IMG/VR virus record: IMGVR_UViG_2541047428_000007
Direction: 5' to 3' (one strand)
Source of the DNA: a virus
Taxonomy: Duplodnaviria > Heunggongvirae > Uroviricota > Caudoviricetes
DNA: 4,169 nt
Made by a program: the position numbers and the translations under genes. The notes under the pieces were generated by a model. That model was given only the letters and a program-made list of their open reading frames with translations. It searched no databases and had not been told where the DNA came from. Positions 1-4,169 of the stretch are shown in pieces. How positions within the stretch are numbered: the first letter of the stretch is position 1; the number at the start of each line of letters is the position of its first letter.

Positions 1-463
1 GATGACTGAACAGCAAATCCGGCAGGTCTGCCGTCAGTGCATGGACCGCTGCCGGGCGGGTGAAACGTGGCCTCCGGACCTGGCTGAGTTTGTGGCGTTG
101 ATTTCGGAGAGCGGGGCAAATCCATTTGGCCTGACGGTGGATGCCGTGATGGAGGAGTACCGTCGCTGGAGGAATGAATCCTGGCGGTACGACGGGAGTG
201 ATAAATACCCGTGGCCACAGCCGGTGCTGTACCACATTTGCCTCGAGATGCGTGACAGAGGGATTGAGCGGCAGATGACGGAAGGTGAGTTAAAACGACT
301 TGCAGAACGGCAACTGACGAAATGGGCAAAGCAAGTTGGTAACGGGATGAGTATTCCCCCGATCCGGAGACAACTCGCATCGCCGAAGTGCCCGCAAGGG
401 CCAACGCCAATTGAATTACTGAAACAGGAATACGAGCGCCGGAAGGCGGCTGGTTTTGTTTGA
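1..463 (+). CDS. Phage replication protein P-like (DnaB helicase loader), C-terminal part; gene probably begins upstream of the window
   Basis: Open frame from position 2 to TGA 461-463 (153 aa). From memory, the sequence aligns with the C-terminal half of lambda P (e.g. ...YPWPQPVLYHI..., ...GELKRLAERQL...). Lambda P is about 233 aa, so the ATG at 2-4 is probably an internal Met and the 5' end lies off-window. Not verified by search. Confidence 0.65.
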   Translation, partial: MTEQQIRQVCRQCMDRCRAGETWPPDLAEFVALISESGANPFGLTVDAVMEEYRRWRNESWRYDGSDKYPWPQPVLYHICLEMRDRGIERQMTEGELKRLAERQLTKWAKQVGNGMSIPPIRRQLASPKCPQGPTPIELLKQEYERRKAAGFV

Positions 464-496
464 ATCTGAGAAACGATTTTGTCGGAGGAAATTTTA

Positions 497-1213
497 ATGG
501 AAACCGTATCTGACGCACTGAAAGCACTGAAAAGAGCCTCTTCACATGTGGTGGCAGCTCGCCTTGGAATTAGTCGTGAAGAGGCTGTCAACGAACTGTG
601 GAAACTGAAACGCCGTGGAGAAGCGGATAACAAGGGGGCGATATGGTGGCTGACTCAGGCTGGTGAAAGTGAACCGGTGTCACCGGTACCGAAAGTGACG
701 GCGCAAATGCTGACAGAGGCGATTGAACAACATGGCCCACAAACGGCGGATGAACTGGCATTGATGTTCGGAATTACCTCCCGCCGGGCGAATTCATCGC
801 TGGCAATGGCAATCAGCAAAGGGTGTCTGATTCGCGTGAATCAGGATGGTAAATTTCGTTACTGCATACCGGGCGTTGATTTACCGGCAGAGCCGAAAGC
901 AGCATCCGTAGCTGAAACGGAGGGTAAAGCCCTTCCTCAGCCAGCTGGTGTTGCGTTACCAGTCCAGGAAACGGCTGCACAGGAAGAAATTAAAACAGAA
1001 GCGGTGGAGGACATTGTGAAGTTGCAGCAATCGTTCACTGAAGCGAAAGCAGATGACCTGATTCTACCATCGCTGCATGTGGCTAACCGCGAGCTGCGCC
1101 GGGCGAAAAGTAATGTTCAGAAGTGGGAGCGAGTCTGTGCTGCGCTACGGGAACTGAACAAACACAGGGATATTCTCCGGGATATTACCGCCACCAGAGA
1201 GCAGCAGCGGTGA
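497..1213 (+). CDS. Prophage protein with N-terminal winged-helix-like region and C-terminal coiled-coil (DUF1627-like)
   Basis: ATG at 497 is preceded by GGAGG (484-488) with an 8-nt spacer; the ORF-track start at 479 is TTG with no RBS. Stop TGA 1211-1213. Two HTH-like segments ([18 protein letters not shown]; [26 protein letters not shown]) and a charged, heptad-like C-terminus. The DUF1627 assignment is from memory. Confidence 0.75.
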   Translation: METVSDALKALKRASSHVVAARLGISREEAVNELWKLKRRGEADNKGAIWWLTQAGESEPVSPVPKVTAQMLTEAIEQHGPQTADELALMFGITSRRANSSLAMAISKGCLIRVNQDGKFRYCIPGVDLPAEPKAASVAETEGKALPQPAGVALPVQETAAQEEIKTEAVEDIVKLQQSFTEAKADDLILPSLHVANRELRRAKSNVQKWERVCAALRELNKHRDILRDITATREQQR

Positions 1214-1527
1214 GTGGCTGGAAGAAGTGGCGCTGGGCTGAAATCCTGATACTCCGGCAGTGTGCGGGAACGATGAGAGTCGAAAGCATCGGTTATCTGA
1301 TTGGCCGTAGTGAGTCAGCCGTCAGGACGAAAGCGCGGGAACTGGGTATCAGCATGATGTTACGGGGTGATTATCACCAGTCAGCCAAATGTTCACAGCG
1401 TGATATTGAGCTGGCGTGGCAACTGCATCAGCGTGGTGTACCCCGACGGGAAATTGCCGAAAAGTTTGGGATGAAGTTGGGCGCAGTGAATAACTACGTT
1501 TATTTCGACAGGAGGGTTCAGGAGTGA
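1210..1527 (+). CDS. Small DNA-binding protein with two helix-turn-helix-like motifs
   Basis: GTG at 1210 overlaps the upstream stop (GTGA), suggesting translational coupling; an alternative start is ATG 1273. The track start at 1123 is a GTG deep inside the previous gene and is rejected. HTH-like segments [23 protein letters not shown] and [19 protein letters not shown]. Stop TGA 1525-1527. Confidence 0.6.
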   Translation: MSGWKKWRWAEILILRQCAGTMRVESIGYLIGRSESAVRTKARELGISMMLRGDYHQSAKCSQRDIELAWQLHQRGVPRREIAEKFGMKLGAVNNYVYFDRRVQE

Positions 1528-1826
1528 GGGTGAGGGTTTATATCGCCGGTCCGATGACGGGATATGAAAATTTTAACCGCGAGGCATTTCACAAAACGGA
1601 AGAGGTGCTGAAACGGGAAGGGCATACCGTTTTAAACCCGGCAGTACTTCCGGACGGGCTGACTCAGCCACACTACATGGATATTTGCATGGCAATGCTC
1701 CGTTGCGTGGATGCGGTTTACATGCTGAAAGGCTGGCAGCAGTCGGCAGGTGCAGGGGCTGAGCTGGCACTGGAGGAGAAACCGGGCCATGCGGTGATTT
1801 TTCAGGAGGTGGGCAGTGAATATTGA
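1524..1826 (+). CDS. DUF4406-like protein (nucleoside 2-deoxyribosyltransferase-like fold)
   Basis: GTG 1524 overlaps the upstream stop (GTGA) and is preceded by GGAGG 1511-1515; alternative start GTG 1530. N-terminal motif VYIAGPMTG followed by ...GHTVLNPA..., which I recall as typical of about 100-aa DUF4406/NDT-like proteins common in phages. Stop TGA 1824-1826. Confidence 0.75.
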   Translation: MRVRVYIAGPMTGYENFNREAFHKTEEVLKREGHTVLNPAVLPDGLTQPHYMDICMAMLRCVDAVYMLKGWQQSAGAGAELALEEKPGHAVIFQEVGSEY

Positions 1827-2133
1827 CCCGGCGATAACGATTGATATGGCCCTGAACGCCGGCCTGGCACTTCTTGGTTATTTCTACATTATGTTCTGCA
1901 GCGGACGATGGCTGTCACTGTTGTTCATGAAAAAATGGAATAAACGCCGTAAGCAGGAGCAACGCCAGAAGGCAATGGATGCATTTTTCGAAGCCTTCGG
2001 AATTGACGGCATGGAACCAGGGGATCCAGCTCGCGCAATCAGCAGAGGGGGTGTAGTAATCCTTGTATATCGGAGTGAAGAGAAAAATGACGATCACAAA
2101 ACAACGTGTAGAAGAAATCATATCCCGCATTGA
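1816..2133 (+). CDS. Hypothetical small membrane protein (one N-terminal TM helix followed by a K/R-rich segment)
   Basis: GTG 1816 with GGAGG 1805-1809 (6-nt spacer) overlaps the end of the DUF4406 gene. Hydrophobic stretch ALNAGLALLGYFYIMFCSGRWLSLLF followed by KKWNKRRKQEQRQK (positive-inside). The 3' end overlaps the next gene by 47 nt if that gene starts at 2087. Weaker than its neighbours. Confidence 0.45.
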   Translation: MNIDPAITIDMALNAGLALLGYFYIMFCSGRWLSLLFMKKWNKRRKQEQRQKAMDAFFEAFGIDGMEPGDPARAISRGGVVILVYRSEEKNDDHKTTCRRNHIPH

Positions 2134-2404
2134 AATGTATGGACATGGTGCAGGGTATATCGCAGACGAGGTTAATGATCTGGCTATACTGGCGCTGAAT
2201 TTATCAAATATCGCGAACCTGAAGCGATACGAGCTTGATATGGGAGGTTGCGACTCGTGCGGTCAGGATTGTGGCGCTGATATGACTGAAGATCCTGATG
2301 GTGATTATGTCCTGTTTGATGACGTGGTTAAGTTGTTTGAATTTGATACAACCACTCAAAAGTTAGAAATCCCGGCAAAGGAGGCAGCCAGTGGGCAAGA
2401 TTGA
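2087..2404 (+). CDS. Hypothetical phage protein, acidic C-terminal half
   Basis: ATG 2087 with GGAG/GAAGAGA upstream; the ORF-track start at 2063 is TTG. Continuous frame to TGA 2402-2404. Acidic Cys-containing segment DMGGCDSCGQDCGADMTEDPDGDY. No family recognised. Confidence 0.6.
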   Translation: MTITKQRVEEIISRIEMYGHGAGYIADEVNDLAILALNLSNIANLKRYELDMGGCDSCGQDCGADMTEDPDGDYVLFDDVVKLFEFDTTTQKLEIPAKEAASGQD

Positions 2405-2828
2405 CTATCAGGCACTGCGTGAGGCAGCACAAAACTATCAATCGACGCTGGCGTGGTATCAGGCTACCCCGGACAGCCCAAATGCTGAACGGGATTGTGA
2501 TGCGGCTCTTGCTGCGTTTAAGCGTCACATCCGTCATCGGGAAGCGGATATTATCGCTGATTTGCTGGATGGACTGGAAGAAGCAAAATCACAACTCAAC
2601 GAGCAGCGTGAGTATTACGAAGGCGTTATCTCTGATGGGAGCAAGCGTATTGCTGAACTGGAAGCGCGGGAAGTTCAATTACCGACTCGCTACGACCTTC
2701 GATATGGACACCCGATAAATGCAGATGAGCGACATGTCATGATACCTAAAGAAAATGGCAGTTGGCTTTACCTGATTGACCTAGAACACGCATTACGCGT
2801 CGCTGGCATTCGCATCAAAGGAGAGTGA
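2391..2828 (+). CDS. Hypothetical phage protein (145 aa), predicted helical / coiled-coil middle region
   Basis: GTG 2391 preceded by AAGGAGG (2377-2383, 7-nt spacer); overlaps the upstream gene by 14 nt. Stop TGA 2826-2828. No family recognised with confidence. Confidence 0.7.
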   Translation: MGKIDYQALREAAQNYQSTLAWYQATPDSPNAERDCDAALAAFKRHIRHREADIIADLLDGLEEAKSQLNEQREYYEGVISDGSKRIAELEAREVQLPTRYDLRYGHPINADERHVMIPKENGSWLYLIDLEHALRVAGIRIKGE

Positions 2829-2829
2829 G

Positions 2830-3021
2830 ATGAACGGACAAATATCAATTGTTCGACCAGGAGCATGTGACGATCGCGAAATACGAATGATTATTCGTCT
2901 GGCGATGGGGAAAACAATAACTGCTCTCATTACTCCAGAAAATCTCGCATTAGCATTAACAGGAAAGTCAGACATGCCAGTAGAGCTAAAGCTGCGAAAT
3001 GTTGAGATTAAGGTGAAATAG
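2830..3021 (+). CDS. Hypothetical small protein (63 aa)
   Basis: ATG 2830 lies 1 nt after the upstream stop, with AAAGGAGAG at 2816-2824. Stop TAG 3019-3021. Fits the compact operon. Confidence 0.55.
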   Translation: MNGQISIVRPGACDDREIRMIIRLAMGKTITALITPENLALALTGKSDMPVELKLRNVEIKVK

Positions 3022-3023
3022 CT

Positions 3024-3581
3024 ATGACCACTATTACCAAAGATCGACTGCTGACAATCCAGCATTGGCGCGAAACATACGGACCGGGTAGCAACGTTGT
3101 GCTTCCAGCAGAAGAAGCGGAAGAGCTGGCACGGATTGCGCTGGCATCACTGGCAGCAGTATCGGATGAACGAGCAGCCTATGAATTATTTATGGAGAAG
3201 CGTTTCGGAGAATCTGTAGATCGCCGCAGAGCAAAAAATGGCGATAGAGATTACATGGCATGGGATATGGCGCTTGGCTGGATTATCTGGTGTCACCGCG
3301 CCGCCATGCTTCAGGCTGGAAACTTTCGGGAAAATAAGGGTTCGTCAACCAATAATTTTCGGATAATCTCGGAAACGTCAACCAACTCTCCGGCAATCCC
3401 TGATGAGGTGTTGTCCGCAATCCTGAAGGTCGCCAGGCTTCGTGCAGATTTCGATGCTTCTGAAGTGGACAGGCGAGGTATCGGTAGTTGTCTGGATGAG
3501 GCCGAGCAAGAACTTATCGTTACCATTAACGAATACGCCAGTCAGATCGCAGTAGAAGCGACACAGGGGGAGAACCAATGA
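3024..3581 (+). CDS. Hypothetical phage protein (185 aa)
   Basis: ATG 3024 lies 2 nt after the upstream stop, with AAGGTGA 3010-3016 as RBS. Stop TGA 3579-3581. Contains a short low-complexity S/T/N stretch (GSSTNNFRIISETSTNSP) encoded by an imperfect DNA repeat (CGTCAACCAA at 3343-3352 and 3376-3385). Confidence 0.7.
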   Translation: MTTITKDRLLTIQHWRETYGPGSNVVLPAEEAEELARIALASLAAVSDERAAYELFMEKRFGESVDRRRAKNGDRDYMAWDMALGWIIWCHRAAMLQAGNFRENKGSSTNNFRIISETSTNSPAIPDEVLSAILKVARLRADFDASEVDRRGIGSCLDEAEQELIVTINEYASQIAVEATQGENQ

Positions 3582-3655
3582 GCCGGCCAGATGCATTTGC
3601 AGGCGTTGCTATAGCTATTGCTTTTCTAGTATATGTTATTTGTCGGTGGGGGTAA
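3578..3655 (+). CDS. Candidate micro-ORF encoding a 25-aa hydrophobic peptide (MSRPDAFAGVAIAIAFLVYVICRWG)
   Basis: ATG 3578 overlaps the upstream stop (ATGA) and is preceded by AGGGGGA (3565-3571, 6-nt spacer). One predicted TM-like stretch. Stop TAA 3653-3655. Too short for the ORF track. Confidence 0.35.
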   Translation: MSRPDAFAGVAIAIAFLVYVICRWG

Positions 3656-3690
3656 AAACGTTCGCCGGGATTCACACCAAGGGAGGGAAT

Positions 3691-3795
3691 ATGTCGGATG
3701 ATATTTCACTGGTAATGGAAGGCGCTCTGGCTGTTATTGCTGTTGTGGGTGTTTACTGCCTGGTTGTGTTTTTGATGGAGCGCCTGGGGAACTGA
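3691..3795 (+). CDS. Candidate micro-ORF encoding a 34-aa hydrophobic peptide (MSDDISLVMEGALAVIAVVGVYCLVVFLMERLGN)
   Basis: ATG 3691 preceded by AAGGGAGGG (3679-3687). Single TM-like helix between an acidic N-terminus and a charged C-terminus. Stop TGA 3793-3795. Too short for the ORF track. Confidence 0.45.
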   Translation: MSDDISLVMEGALAVIAVVGVYCLVVFLMERLGN

Positions 3796-3805
3796 ATTCA
3801 TTCCG

Positions 3806-3821
3806 TATGGGAATTCCCATA
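3806..3821. promoter_or_regulatory. 16-bp perfect palindrome TATGGGAATTCCCATA, candidate operator for a dimeric DNA-binding protein
   Basis: Read directly from the sequence: positions 3806-3821 are perfectly self-complementary. It sits between the stop of the 34-aa ORF and the putative -35 of the hok-locus promoter. Confidence 0.4.
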
Positions 3822-3835
3822 TCGGGCAAAACGGT

Positions 3836-3863
3836 TTGCTGTAAAGCGAGAGTTAAGTAGAAT
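3836..3863 (+). promoter_or_regulatory. Putative sigma70 promoter for the hok/mok transcript
   Basis: -35-like TTGCTG (3836-3841), 16-nt spacer, -10-like TAGAAT (3858-3863). Sits in the only sizeable non-coding gap, about 175 nt upstream of the hok ATG, consistent with the long leader of hok mRNAs. Sequence-only prediction. Confidence 0.3.
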
Positions 3864-3881
3864 TGCTGCGGGTGCTTGAGG

Positions 3882-3917
3882 CTGTCTGCCTCGGGCATGC
3901 CACCGTAAGGCAGACAG
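3882..3917 (+). promoter_or_regulatory. Stable stem-loop in the hok mRNA leader (10-bp stem, 16-nt loop)
   Basis: CTGTCTGCCT (3882-3891) pairs perfectly with AGGCAGACAG (3908-3917). The loop contains the 8-bp palindrome GGCATGCC (3894-3901). No downstream U-tract, so not a typical intrinsic terminator; more consistent with the folded leaders known for hok-family mRNAs. Confidence 0.4.
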
Positions 3918-3929
3918 AGAAAAGCCCCA

Positions 3930-3995
3930 GTTAACATTACGCGTCCTGCAAGACGCTTAACATTAATCTGAGGCCCAATCTATGCTTCACAAACG
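3930..3995 (-). ncRNA. sok: Putative Sok-like antisense RNA covering the mok translation-initiation region (approximate bounds)
   Basis: By analogy with characterised hok/sok loci, Sok is transcribed antisense across the mok SD/start. A weak candidate promoter on the minus strand is -35 TTGCCT (complement of 4020-4025) and -10 TAACCT (complement of 3997-4002), 17-nt spacer, which would put the TSS near 3990. The -10 is poor and the ends are not determinable from sequence. Confidence 0.2.
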
Positions 3996-4169
3996 TAGGT
4001 TAGCCTCTTACGCGCCGAAAGGCAAGGAGAAGCAGGTTATGAAGCAGCAAAAGGCGATGTTAATCGCCCTGATCGTCATCTGTTTAACCGTCATAGTGAC
4101 GGCACTGGTAACGAGGAAAGACCTCTGCGAGGTACGAATCCGAACCGGCCAGACGGAGGTCGCTGTCTT
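3982..4169 (+). CDS. mok: Mok-like reading frame: in-frame 19-codon N-terminal extension of hok (3' end off-window)
   Basis: ATG 3982 preceded by GAGG (3970-3973) and in frame with hok ATG 4039 (57 nt apart). Extension MLHKRRLASYAPKGKEKQV. As I recall it, E. coli mokC is likewise an in-frame N-terminal extension of hokC. Confidence 0.45.
   Translation, partial: MLHKRRLASYAPKGKEKQVMKQQKAMLIALIVICLTVIVTALVTRKDLCEVRIRTGQTEVAV
4039..4169 (+). CDS. hok: Hok/Gef-family type I toxin (small membrane peptide), 3' end truncated by the window
   Basis: ATG 4039 preceded by AAGGAGA (4024-4030, 8-nt spacer). Translation MKQQKAMLIALIVICLTVIVTALVTRKDLCEVRIRTGQTEVAV matches the Hok/Gef signature (TM helix, then ...RKDLCEV.IRTGQTEVAV) and is essentially identical over the visible part to my recollection of E. 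coli HokD (RelF) and Gef. A full Hok is about 50 aa; 43 codons are in the window. Confidence 0.88.
   Translation, partial: MKQQKAMLIALIVICLTVIVTALVTRKDLCEVRIRTGQTEVAV

Noticed and set aside
34-633. 199-aa ORF on the minus strand
   Set aside because: It lies entirely antisense to two well-supported + strand genes (the P-like gene and the wHTH gene), has no obvious RBS, and its product is Ser/Arg-rich and low-complexity, typical of an antisense shadow ORF.
1123-1209. Extended N-terminus of the two-HTH ORF as given in the ORF track (start at 1123)
   Set aside because: Position 1123 is a GTG deep inside the preceding gene with no RBS. GTG 1210 (overlapping the upstream stop) or ATG 1273 are far more plausible starts.
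1573-2130. Minus-strand ORFs 1573-1770 and 1915-2130
   Set aside because: Both are antisense to + strand genes in a uniformly + oriented operon, and neither has a start/RBS context.
2401-2718. 105-aa + strand ORF in an alternative frame
   Set aside because: It is fully embedded in the better-supported 2391-2828 gene in another frame, has no RBS, and its product is Arg-rich and low-complexity.
2328-3596. Minus-strand ORFs 2328-2537, 2793-3065, 3311-3526 and 3378-3596
   Set aside because: All are antisense shadows of the + strand genes, without RBSs or recognisable motifs.
3807-3860. 17-codon ORF starting at ATG 3807 inside the palindrome
   Set aside because: No Shine-Dalgarno sequence; the ATG is part of the palindrome itself, and the ORF is within the range expected by chance.
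3882-3917. Stem-loop considered as a rho-independent terminator
   Set aside because: No U-tract follows the hairpin on the + strand, and on the minus strand the T-run precedes the hairpin. It is more consistent with a structured element of the hok mRNA leader.
3734-3937. 67-aa minus-strand ORF across the hok leader
   Set aside because: It spans the predicted hok promoter/leader and the 34-aa + strand ORF, has no RBS, and the region is better explained as regulatory RNA and promoter sequence.
1-4169. CRISPR array, tRNA/rRNA genes, IS elements or integrase
   Set aside because: No regularly spaced direct repeats, no tRNA-like cloverleaf candidates, no transposase- or integrase-like ORFs and no terminal inverted repeats were seen. 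The only repeats are the short palindromes and the 9-bp direct repeat in the hok leader.

Overview
The window looks like the early-right / nin-like accessory region of a lambdoid (enterobacterial) prophage, with every supportable gene on the + strand. It opens with the 3' part of a lambda P-like replication gene (truncated by the window edge), followed by a tightly packed, translationally coupled string of small genes: a winged-helix/DUF1627-like protein, a two-HTH protein, a DUF4406-like (nucleoside 2-deoxyribosyltransferase-fold) protein, a small membrane protein and four unknowns. Two very short hydrophobic ORFs (25 and 34 aa), below the ORF-track size cutoff, follow at 3578-3795. The window ends with the 5' part of a hok/mok-type type I toxin locus (Hok/Gef-family toxin, in-frame Mok extension, structured leader, putative antisense Sok), cut off at the window edge. 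No rRNA, tRNA, CRISPR array or transposase is visible. Family assignments rest on recalled motifs and sequences, not on searches, and should be confirmed by HMM/BLAST. I see no clearly novel multi-gene system; the best candidates for follow-up are the two unannotated micro-ORFs, the DUF4406-like gene and the Hok locus with its upstream palindrome.
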